Below are positions 17,355 to 24,733 of a stretch of 25,246 nucleotides of DNA, piece after piece. Source of the DNA: a virus (lineage: Duplodnaviria; Caudoviricetes). A program made the translations under genes and the position numbers. The DNA lies in IMG/VR virus record IMGVR_UViG_3300033076_001202, positions 1 through 25,246 of that record. One strand, written 5' to 3'. Below the pieces are notes generated by a model, which was not told the DNA's origin, made no database searches, and was given only the letters and a program-made list of their open reading frames with translations. How positions within the stretch are numbered: the first letter of the stretch is position 1; every line of letters starts with the position of its first letter.

Positions 17355-18380
17355 TTATAATAAAATTAATGATGGTTTTTGACAACATTCTAACTTTATA
17401 TTAGACAATGCTTGCTCTTTAGCCTTAGCTTCAACCTCAATATCCAAATCAGCTACACCATATGTATTGGGAGTAGTCAAAATGAAATCAGCATGAGCTT
17501 GTTCCTTGATCTTGGTAAACTCTTTGTATTGTTTGTGAAAGGTAGGCCACTTCGGCAAATCTGCCATATCAATGTTATGATGTGCAAACATACGCTCAAT
17601 AAGAACCTGAGCCTCACGGCGACGGGATTCTGAATAGTGAGTGCATTGAGTAACACCGTAACGTGTCCACGTTTCGCGAGCCATGAAGAAAGCTTCTTCT
17701 TCGGATAAGTCACCAGTATTGAAAGTGTGATGCCAATAGTCAAATGTAATCGGAATACCTATCTCGGTATGAAGCATAGAATACAATTCGCGAACTGAAT
17801 ACATAGAAGCCTTATCATCATTCTCAATAACTAAACGAGACTTGCAAGAATCTGATAAACGGTCCCAATTGTGCAACCAACGATAAATAGTACCGGGCTT
17901 GTCATTGTATGTAGCACCTACGTGAATATTGATAAGATTGTCAAAGCTAGGAGCAAAGCCCATAAGATCAAAGAGCTCAGAATGTCGTTCAAGACCAATG
18001 ATAGAATTGTCAACCACCGTAGCATCAGGACTACCTAAGATATGAAATGGACCAGGATGCGTTGTAATGCGATGGCCATGGGCACGTGCATAATCACCTG
18101 CAGCACGTAGATGCTGAGTAATAAGTGCAATGTCAGGAAGATCTGCAAGCTCATAATGATTCCAACGAGGGAAGAGCTCAGAACCAACACGGAACAAACG
18201 AATACCTCGTGCTTCATTCCATTGTAGAATAGTTAGTAAATCGCGTGCATTGGCAAGAGCAATGTCTGAGGCAAGTTGCAAACCGCCTTGTTTAAATTTG
18301 CGATCAATCATAGCACGACCGGTCCGAATACCTTGAGCCGATAACTCCTGATTGATACAACAATAACCATAACGTATCAT
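17355..18380 (-). CDS. uvsE: UV DNA damage endonuclease (UvsE/UVDE)
   Basis: RYGYCCIN, N..DL..ILQWN...IRLFRVGSELFP, RITTHPGPF..LGSP, INIHVG, RLVIENDDK, IPITFDYWHH, HYSE, QAHADFI, DIEVEAKAKEQAL. Confidence 0.95.
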   Translation of the reverse strand: MIRYGYCCINQELSAQGIRTGRAMIDRKFKQGGLQLASDIALANARDLLTILQWNEARGIRLFRVGSELFPRWNHYELADLPDIALITQHLRAAGDYARAHGHRITTHPGPFHILGSPDATVVDNSIIGLERHSELFDLMGFAPSFDNLINIHVGATYNDKPGTIYRWLHNWDRLSDSCKSRLVIENDDKASMYSVRELYSMLHTEIGIPITFDYWHHTFNTGDLSEEEAFFMARETWTRYGVTQCTHYSESRRREAQVLIERMFAHHNIDMADLPKWPTFHKQYKEFTKIKEQAHADFILTTPNTYGVADLDIEVEAKAKEQALSNIKLECCQKPSLILL

Positions 18381-18393
18381 AGGATTTTTTTAT

Positions 18394-18422
18394 ATTATAT
18401 GAAATTTTTAGCAAGAATCAAA
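18394..18422 (-). promoter_or_regulatory. Sigma70-like early/middle promoter (class A)
   Basis: TTTGAT-N17-TATAAT upstream of uvsE. Confidence 0.65.
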
Positions 18423-18446
18423 ATTAAATGTTTTTTTATTATTCAT

Positions 18447-18454
18447 ATATTTAT
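18447..18454 (+). promoter_or_regulatory. Putative late promoter ATATTTAT (class B)
   Basis: Plus-strand copy 32 nt upstream of plus-strand ATG 18487. Confidence 0.7.
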
Positions 18455-18486
18455 TAGAAAGAAAATAACCTTAAAGGATACAAATA

Positions 18487-19023
18487 ATGAAAAATCTACT
18501 TTCAGAAAACATGATGCGTTTCGGAACTAAAAATTTATCTGAAGCTGCACAAAAAGAATTAACATTAAAATCAATTTTAGAAACAATTGATCAATATGGC
18601 TTACAAAAAGAAGTACGTAAGGCTTTAGCTGAGCAAGCAGATCCAAATTTAGGATTAGCTCAAAAAATCGTAGGTACAATTTGGAAAGCAATGACAGGTC
18701 AAATAGGAACTGATGCGCCGGCGCTTTTAAATGCAGTATTAATGATTAAAACAAAAGATGTTTATAATTCAGTTTTAAATATTGTAAAAACTTCTCCAAA
18801 AATTAAAACAGAATTTGGTAAAAATTTCCCTACTGTAGGAGCTTGGATAGCAACCGATATGCAAGAATATGATTCAGACGAAATTGGTGCGATTGATGCA
18901 ACGTCTAATAAAATTGCAGAAAAAATTAGAACACATTTACAACGAGTATCAGGCAATCCATCAGAAGGAATGGGTATGGGTGGATGGCGCAGCGATATCG
19001 ATAGTGCCTTACGTGGTAACTAA
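18487..19023 (+). CDS. Leader-bearing putative capsid-internal protein with annexin-repeat-like domain
   Basis: RBS TAAAGGA; N-terminus MKNLLSENMMRFGTKNLSE shared with 19436..20110; WKAMTGQIGTD resembles the annexin KAMKGxGTD motif. Confidence 0.7.
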   Translation: MKNLLSENMMRFGTKNLSEAAQKELTLKSILETIDQYGLQKEVRKALAEQADPNLGLAQKIVGTIWKAMTGQIGTDAPALLNAVLMIKTKDVYNSVLNIVKTSPKIKTEFGKNFPTVGAWIATDMQEYDSDEIGAIDATSNKIAEKIRTHLQRVSGNPSEGMGMGGWRSDIDSALRGN

Positions 19024-19048
19024 TTATCACAAATAAAAAAAATGTAAT

Positions 19049-19080
19049 AATGGGGTAGTTATTGAACTACCCCATTTTTT
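19049..19080 (+). terminator. Intrinsic terminator (possibly bidirectional)
   Basis: AATGGGGTAGTT-ATTG-AACTACCCCATT perfect 12-bp stem followed by T-run, between convergent genes. Confidence 0.85.
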
Positions 19081-19099
19081 ATATTCAAATTTTAAAAAA

Positions 19100-19324
19100 T
19101 TACTTTTTAATCAATTTAAGATTAAATGTAATGATTCCAATTACACTAAAAATCAACAAGATATTAACAACCGGATCTGGAGAGAATAGATTCATTAAAT
19201 TAAATCCACTGAAATATTTTAGTTCTAATAGTGGAAGATCGAATGGATTAAATGTTGCTCGGATAACAGCTAAAAGAACTACATTAATAATAACTGCATT
19301 TGTAATAGACAATACCTTTTTCAT
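19100..19324 (-). CDS. Small two-helix membrane protein
   Basis: 74 aa, two hydrophobic segments; own class-A promoter upstream and terminator downstream. Confidence 0.65.
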   Translation of the reverse strand: MKKVLSITNAVIINVVLLAVIRATFNPFDLPLLELKYFSGFNLMNLFSPDPVVNILLIFSVIGIITFNLKLIKK

Positions 19325-19366
19325 AACTTTAACTTTTTAATTATTTAACTATTTAATTATATTACT

Positions 19367-19395
19367 ATAATAAGATATCTTTTTCATATATCCAA
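19367..19395 (-). promoter_or_regulatory. Sigma70-like early/middle promoter (class A)
   Basis: TTGGAT-N17-TATTAT upstream of 19324. Confidence 0.65.
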
Positions 19396-19403
19396 ATATT
19401 TAT
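19396..19403 (+). promoter_or_regulatory. Putative late promoter ATATTTAT (class B)
   Basis: ATATTTATAT 32 nt upstream of ATG 19436. Confidence 0.7.
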
Positions 19404-19435
19404 ATAAAAAAGTTAGAAATATTTAAAGGATACTA

Positions 19436-20110
19436 ATGAAAAATATTTTAGCAGAAAATATGCTACGATTTGGAGTTAAAAATTTATCTGAATCAGATTT
19501 AAAATTTTTAAAAGAACAAACCTCATTTACTACAATTGAATCATGTTGGCAAGATCCTAGATTAAAAGAGATCAGACTAACAGCACAGGAAATGCAACAA
19601 GGAATCTCTAGAGAATCTAAATACAATGATATTATTTTTGAAAATTTAAGAAATTATTATAGTAACCAATTGATTGGTAAAAATGCAATTGGTTGGCCAA
19701 ATGGATTTCGTTGGAATGATATGGACTTAATGTTATCTGGCAATACGGGTCCGTTATTTAATTTTACAATTCAAGATATCTTTAAGGGAAAAAATCATAA
19801 TATGACGAATACTATCTGGAATGAAGGTGATAAAGAATGTATTTTCATATGTAGTCAAAAAATGCAAGCAGGGCCAACACATTCAAATCAAGGAACATTA
19901 TATCTTATGAGTAGCGACTTTGACCCGGAAGATAAAACTAAAACATTAAATGATTATAAATTATTAGGATTACCAAAAGGCCCGCACTTAAGAATAATTG
20001 GATCTAGAGTTTATTATTTTAAAAATCAGTACGGAATGCCAGATTCTAGATCAGCTGTTCTTACTCCATTGAGTGATAATAGAATTATTTCTTCTATAAC
20101 TGCTGTATAA
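19436..20110 (+). CDS. Leader-bearing putative capsid-internal protein, unknown cargo domain
   Basis: RBS TAAAGGA; N-terminus MKNILAENMLRFGVKNLSE shared with 18487..19023, remainder unrelated. Confidence 0.75.
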   Translation: MKNILAENMLRFGVKNLSESDLKFLKEQTSFTTIESCWQDPRLKEIRLTAQEMQQGISRESKYNDIIFENLRNYYSNQLIGKNAIGWPNGFRWNDMDLMLSGNTGPLFNFTIQDIFKGKNHNMTNTIWNEGDKECIFICSQKMQAGPTHSNQGTLYLMSSDFDPEDKTKTLNDYKLLGLPKGPHLRIIGSRVYYFKNQYGMPDSRSAVLTPLSDNRIISSITAV

Positions 20111-20128
20111 AATATAAAAATATAAAAA

Positions 20129-20151
20129 AAAAGGGCTTTTTTAGCCCTTTT
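20129..20151. terminator. Bidirectional intrinsic terminator
   Basis: AAAAGGGCT-TTTTT-AGCCCTTTT hairpin with an A-run on the left and T-run on the right, between convergent genes. Confidence 0.75.
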
Positions 20152-20172
20152 CTACTGTTATTTATATTTTAT

Positions 20173-20589
20173 TTAATAAATGATATAGTTTTCGAAATTT
20201 TGAACAACTGTACTATTATTTGATTGTTCAAATAATAAACATACATTAGCAAAACTATTTATTCCTTTGATATCATTATTTTCATTAATGAATAATACTA
20301 AAAATGTATTCGACGAAACTAAGTAATTTATAATATTTAAATTACCAGTACTTATAATTTCTCCATTGTCATATTCAATATATGTGCTATCCGAAAAATT
20401 TAAAATAAACTTTTTAGAAACAATATCAATGTTACTAATAGAATCTGGATTATAAAATACATCGAATGAATTCGTTAAACTATTTTTAGTTAACGTAGAT
20501 GTTTCATAAACATTAATTATTTTAATAATTTGAGCATTACCGGTAAATGCTAATACTGCAAAAATTGTGAAAAGGAATAAATTTTTCAT
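20173..20589 (-). CDS. Exported protein with Sec signal peptide
   Basis: MKNLFLFTIFAVLAFTGNA|Q signal peptide with Gln at +1; beta-rich mature part. Confidence 0.75.
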   Translation of the reverse strand: MKNLFLFTIFAVLAFTGNAQIIKIINVYETSTLTKNSLTNSFDVFYNPDSISNIDIVSKKFILNFSDSTYIEYDNGEIISTGNLNIINYLVSSNTFLVLFINENNDIKGINSFANVCLLFEQSNNSTVVQNFENYIIY

Positions 20590-20610
20590 GTCTCTTATTT
20601 TTATACTATT

Positions 20611-20639
20611 AATATAAGATAAAAAACAGTAAAATCCAA
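20611..20639 (-). promoter_or_regulatory. Sigma70-like early/middle promoter (class A)
   Basis: TTGGAT-N17-TATATT upstream of 20589. Confidence 0.6.
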
Positions 20640-20646
20640 TCAGATA

Positions 20647-21207
20647 TTAATCTTTTTTTACAAAACCATTTAAAAAATCACGTTGCTTTTGTATTGCAGA
20701 ATCTAATTCAGAATTTCCTCGTTTTTTTCTATTTCCCGTAGAATTTCCATCAGTGCTAGATTGAACAACATCTTTTCCCTTAGTGTTAGATCTTGTCGAT
20801 TTAACTCCTTTAGTATTCTTTGCAGATATGCGTTTGCTAGTTGTAGGCTCGCTTCTGCTTTGTACTTCTGTCCTTCGGGTGTCGATAAAAAGCTCTGAAT
20901 AAGTGCTTGAGTGTCCGGTTTGGATGCGTTTGATGATCTCATCTCTTCCAATAGACCTTGTTTCGTCGTAACGGATGTATCCTGTTGTATACGCTGTCTT
21001 ATGCGTTTTAATTTCAATACCGCAAGGATAGCGGACATTGTCTTCTTCAACCGTATATTGAACTCCCCAGCCCACTGTTTTAAATGTTGTAACATAACCG
21101 TATTTTTTAGAACCTAACCAATTGAAATAAACAGGATCGCCTATTTTAAATTGTGGTTTTTCAAATTGTTTTTGAATGTTCTCTGGAACGTTTGATTTTT
21201 TTGCCAT
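20647..21207 (-). CDS. Hypothetical protein (SH3/Tudor-like N-terminus, basic disordered tail)
   Basis: FKIGDPVYFNW..YGYV..QYTV beta-barrel-like pattern; Lys/Arg/Ser/Thr-rich C-terminal half. Confidence 0.7.
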   Translation of the reverse strand: MAKKSNVPENIQKQFEKPQFKIGDPVYFNWLGSKKYGYVTTFKTVGWGVQYTVEEDNVRYPCGIEIKTHKTAYTTGYIRYDETRSIGRDEIIKRIQTGHSSTYSELFIDTRRTEVQSRSEPTTSKRISAKNTKGVKSTRSNTKGKDVVQSSTDGNSTGNRKKRGNSELDSAIQKQRDFLNGFVKKD

Positions 21208-21641
21208 TAATTAAGACATAATGTTGATACTTGATCAATTATTTTAAAGATGCGAATGTACCTAGTTACTTTGTCTTTGCGAAACATTTTTTCCATCTCT
21301 TTATCGCGAGATAAAATATAACCTGCTTCTACAAATTGTAAAGCAATATGCCGTACTGATTTCAAACTATTTGATTCAATCAAAATATTCTGATCATCAA
21401 TCATTACATCGACACGGTCGGCATCTCTAGGTACATCAAAATCATCTTTTTGAGATATTGAATTATCTTGTATAGCATCCTTAATACTACCAAAAAATTC
21501 AGAAAGATCTAAATTCTTTTTTGTAGAAACTGAAGCAGCATACATATCAAAGAAATAATTCAATTGATCTACAGAATCCAATTGAGCAAAATAATTGTAT
21601 TCAAATTTGCTAACAAAAATATTATCAAATACTGTTCTCAT
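21207..21641 (-). CDS. Hypothetical protein
   Basis: ATG 21641 (MRTVFDNIF) behind AAAGG; coupled by TAATG to the next gene. Confidence 0.7.
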   Translation of the reverse strand: MRTVFDNIFVSKFEYNYFAQLDSVDQLNYFFDMYAASVSTKKNLDLSEFFGSIKDAIQDNSISQKDDFDVPRDADRVDVMIDDQNILIESNSLKSVRHIALQFVEAGYILSRDKEMEKMFRKDKVTRYIRIFKIIDQVSTLCLN

Positions 21642-21801
21642 GATCGTCAAGCCTTTTAATTACAAACAATTCATCGATTAATTCTTCGGAAAGTGCTTTC
21701 ATTTCCGATATCATTTCTCGTGCCTCGTCCAAACTCGTTGCCATTACACGACCAATTGGTTCACATTTTGTATCTGATTTATAATGAAAAATGTAGATCA
21801 T
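21625..21801 (-). CDS. Small hypothetical protein (58 aa)
   Basis: Not in track. MIYIFHYKSDTKCEPIGRVMATSLDEAREMISEMKALSEELIDELFVIKRLDDHENSI; RBS AAAGGT; class-B motif upstream. Confidence 0.7.
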   Translation of the reverse strand: MIYIFHYKSDTKCEPIGRVMATSLDEAREMISEMKALSEELIDELFVIKRLDDHENSI

Positions 21802-21819
21802 ACCGGACCTTTTATTTAA

Positions 21820-22212
21820 TTATAAATATAGGCCTAACTCATATCCTCGTAAGGTTGACTGGTATGCTTCTGCAATAGTGTCATTCAATTTAGATACTTC
21901 ATGTTTTGCTAACATTACAGTGCGACCTTTAATGTCCACTGCAAATGTATCTGTTTTTGAAGGACGAGATGCATACATATTTACAGTTAATGTATCTAAT
22001 GCTTTTGCGTATGAAATTAAATCTTTATAACGCATTGCAATTTTTTGTCCTGCAACATATAAAGTTCCAATTGTGCAATTCATCGGATCTGTTTTAAAAT
22101 TATCTGCTGATATTTTATCTTCAAATACGAAATCTAATTTAGTCCAAGTTTCGCCATAACGATTTGCATATTTTTCAGAAATAGCCCAAGGTTGATTAAT
22201 ACTTTTTAACAT
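21820..22212 (-). CDS. Hypothetical protein
   Basis: 130 aa ORF tightly packed in the minus-strand operon. Confidence 0.75.
   Translation of the reverse strand: MLKSINQPWAISEKYANRYGETWTKLDFVFEDKISADNFKTDPMNCTIGTLYVAGQKIAMRYKDLISYAKALDTLTVNMYASRPSKTDTFAVDIKGRTVMLAKHEVSKLNDTIAEAYQSTLRGYELGLYL
21822..21829 (-). promoter_or_regulatory. Putative late promoter ATATTTAT (class B)
   Basis: Overlaps the last codons of 21820..22212, 20 nt upstream of ATG 21801. Confidence 0.55.
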
Positions 22213-22219
22213 AGTGTTT

Positions 22220-22882
22220 TTAAAATTTATAAATTAATATTGTATATACATCTGGTGAATAGTTGTGTCGCAACACAACATTTTGATATTTTTCAATTAA
22301 CATATCTAACATTAATCCAGGATGCACATAAAAGAATCCTTCATGATGTGTAGTGTTAATTGGAGAAAGAAGATTAAATGATACAACACTAGTTGCAGTG
22401 TTATATAGAATATCAATATCTTCAAAAAGTTTTTGTAGATCTGCATCTTCTGTTTCACAACGACGTTGAGTAAATACTCCAGATGCAACTACCCATTCTC
22501 TAGGTTCTAGTTTTGCAGTTTCAAATGCACCAACTCTAATGCCTTCTAAGCCCCATTTTTGTTCGCCTAATGCAGTCATTACAGGATTATGGTCTATGGC
22601 ATCATATAATACAATGTCATTATTTAACGCAGCCAATTCATTTGCTACGCCATATAAATCACATCTACCACAACCGATATCTAATAATGAACCACCATTA
22701 AAACCTACTAGTAAATTTTGCATTAAAAAACGCTGTTCTGCGGTTGTGTTGTAACCTACTGGAAATGGACTATACATCATATAATCCGGATCAGTTGATT
22801 CTAATGAATCCCACCGTTGATATTGTTCATCAACATTTTGAAGATTGTTTAAAATTTGATTTGTTAATTCATTAACATCCAT
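22220..22882 (-). CDS. Class I SAM-dependent methyltransferase
   Basis: Motif I SLLDIGCGRCD, acidic beta2 YDAID, WVVASGVF; no DPPY/NPPY or PCQ DNA-MTase motif. Confidence 0.85.
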   Translation of the reverse strand: MDVNELTNQILNNLQNVDEQYQRWDSLESTDPDYMMYSPFPVGYNTTAEQRFLMQNLLVGFNGGSLLDIGCGRCDLYGVANELAALNNDIVLYDAIDHNPVMTALGEQKWGLEGIRVGAFETAKLEPREWVVASGVFTQRRCETEDADLQKLFEDIDILYNTATSVVSFNLLSPINTTHHEGFFYVHPGLMLDMLIEKYQNVVLRHNYSPDVYTILIYKF

Positions 22883-22897
22883 ATATCTGATATTAGA

Positions 22898-23197
22898 TTA
22901 CCATGAAGCTTTACCTGCAGAATTTGCATCTAAGTGTGGTATTTGTTCATTTTCAACTAGTTCTTTATATGGAATCGTTGATTGAATTTGTCCACTTTCA
23001 CATAGCTTCTCAGTAAGAGTCTTATTAATAAAATTACGAGCATTATGTGATGTATTTAACATAACCAATGCACTACGATTTTCTAATAACACATCATATA
23101 CCGATGACTTATTAATAATTCGGCGATCTAAGACCACACCTACTCGATTAACACCTTCAGATGTTACGATTACTTCGTCTCCAGCTTTGTATGCCAT
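22898..23197 (-). CDS. Hypothetical protein (SH3/KOW-like N-terminus)
   Basis: YKAGDEVIV..RVGVVLD..VYDVLLE pattern. Confidence 0.7.
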   Translation of the reverse strand: MAYKAGDEVIVTSEGVNRVGVVLDRRIINKSSVYDVLLENRSALVMLNTSHNARNFINKTLTEKLCESGQIQSTIPYKELVENEQIPHLDANSAGKASW

Positions 23198-23406
23198 TAT
23201 TCAATAATTTTGATGATTTTACTTGCAGAAACTGATTTAACTTCGAAATCCATAGTATAACCTTGGAAATCATTTACTACTTTTGCTTCTGCTTCAGTTA
23301 CTGAAAGAGCTTCTACTAGATAAGTCTCTGTAACTTTCTTTTCTTTTGGACCTTTAGGTGTGTCAACCGTATCCGTTAATTGGATTTTTGCAATGTAATA
23401 ACTCAT
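23197..23406 (-). CDS. DUF4494-like protein
   Basis: KKVTETYLVEALSVTEAEAKV matches the Bacteroidota DUF4494 pattern KKVTEPYLVDALSFTEAEARI. Confidence 0.8.
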   Translation of the reverse strand: MSYYIAKIQLTDTVDTPKGPKEKKVTETYLVEALSVTEAEAKVVNDFQGYTMDFEVKSVSASKIIKIIE

Positions 23407-23439
23407 TTGTTAAAATTTAAAGATTTATTTTATATATGT

Positions 23440-23468
23440 ATAATATGAAAAATAATTAGCAATTCAAA
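23440..23468 (-). promoter_or_regulatory. Sigma70-like early/middle promoter (class A)
   Basis: TTTGAA-N17-TATTAT upstream of 23406. Confidence 0.6.
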
Positions 23469-23469
23469 A

Positions 23470-24525
23470 TTATTTTTTAGGTTTACCATATGTATTTAAT
23501 ACTGAAACGTATTGTGTCCACATTGTTTGTACACTATATGATGGAAAAAACAAATATGTTGATGATTCTTCATTTTTTTCATTTGGTATTAATCGACCAA
23601 TACCTCGAGCATATAACATTTTTTTATACTCATCAGAATCGTCAACAATAACACTATTTCCAAAATCAAAGTTTTCAAACAATCGTTTTAAACTATAAAT
23701 TAATTCGCCTCGTATCTTTGGAACATTTGGATATACATCATTGCCTATTATTTTGTCTATTACAATAGTAGCTTGTTCTGTATATTTAGAAACTTTAATT
23801 GAATCAAAAATTAAACGACCTGCTACATCGATTATTATAGCATCATTAGCATTTTTAATTTGTTGAATAAGTTTAAGAATCTTTTCTTCATCCCAATTGG
23901 AAAACATTCCGCTTGATAATTCAGTACTTAAAGTTGTCCAAAAATTCAATGCTCGTTCTATTTGTATTTCGTTTATTTTATTTTCAGTTAAAACTGTTTC
24001 TTTAAGTACATTACCTATAGGCGTATATCCAGCATTTTCTGGTGCCGGTGCTTCAGGAGCTGGTGCGCCCATATCTCCTCCACCCATCGGTGCGCCTGAT
24101 GCAGACGAACCCTTTTCTGCTGCTGCTTTATCTGCAGCACCAAGTCCTTTAACATCATCTAATGATAATTGTAATTCAATTGTATAATCATCATTGCGAC
24201 CAAAACCTGTATATGGTACCAATTTGATAACTTTTTTTCGTAATAAACTAAGTAAAATACCAGGAGTGACATTTAAATCTTTGCCACTCCTAGCAACGAA
24301 CTCTCGAATGCCTGTAATAGATGGAGAATATATAATACCTAAATGAGTTGAACCAAATGCATCAAATTTACCTAGAAATCTTTCTTCTGCTGGAGTAAAT
24401 GGTGAATCTACTGCACTTGAAGGCGCATTGTCAGTTTCAATAGCCGATGCTTGTGCGTCAGCTTGCTCTTTTACCAATTGTTTAAGAGTGGTACGGATTA
24501 TATGTTCTAAAGCATTCTTTTTCAT
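23470..24525 (-). CDS. Two-domain hypothetical protein, putative processed head-internal protein
   Basis: N-terminal LEHIIRTTLKQLVKEQ leader, Gly/Ala/Pro linker, internal VLKE-TVLTE-NKINE cluster before the second domain. Confidence 0.75.
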   Translation of the reverse strand: MKKNALEHIIRTTLKQLVKEQADAQASAIETDNAPSSAVDSPFTPAEERFLGKFDAFGSTHLGIIYSPSITGIREFVARSGKDLNVTPGILLSLLRKKVIKLVPYTGFGRNDDYTIELQLSLDDVKGLGAADKAAAEKGSSASGAPMGGGDMGAPAPEAPAPENAGYTPIGNVLKETVLTENKINEIQIERALNFWTTLSTELSSGMFSNWDEEKILKLIQQIKNANDAIIIDVAGRLIFDSIKVSKYTEQATIVIDKIIGNDVYPNVPKIRGELIYSLKRLFENFDFGNSVIVDDSDEYKKMLYARGIGRLIPNEKNEESSTYLFFPSYSVQTMWTQYVSVLNTYGKPKK

Positions 24526-24526
24526 G

Positions 24527-24712
24527 TTATTTTACTTTTGATTCAGCCAACTGCGTTGAGCGATATTTGCTAGATAACTTTTTCAATTCATTGATTGATT
24601 TACGCGCTCTAACTCCAGCTGCTTTTGTTCCTTTTTCTAAGAAACGTGTGTGATTTTCTTCAAAAGATAACCAATGTTCTTTCATCGTTTCAAATAATTG
24701 TTGTGATGTCAT
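24527..24712 (-). CDS. Histone H1-like (Hc1 family) small basic protein
   Basis: ATG 24712 behind AAAGGG; KGTKAAGVRARKSINELKKL..YR matches the GNKAAGxRARK signature of Bacteroidota/Chlamydia Hc1-like proteins. Confidence 0.8.
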   Translation of the reverse strand: MTSQQLFETMKEHWLSFEENHTRFLEKGTKAAGVRARKSINELKKLSSKYRSTQLAESKVK

Positions 24713-24733
24713 AAAACCCTTTTTTAATTTAAT

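Noticed and set aside
16519-24187. Other short overlapping ORFs (16519, 17412, 17477, 18035, 18762, 19062, 19423, 20703, 20911, 21693, 22539, 23897; also 9097)
   Set aside because: Nested in or antisense to better genes, or spanning terminators.
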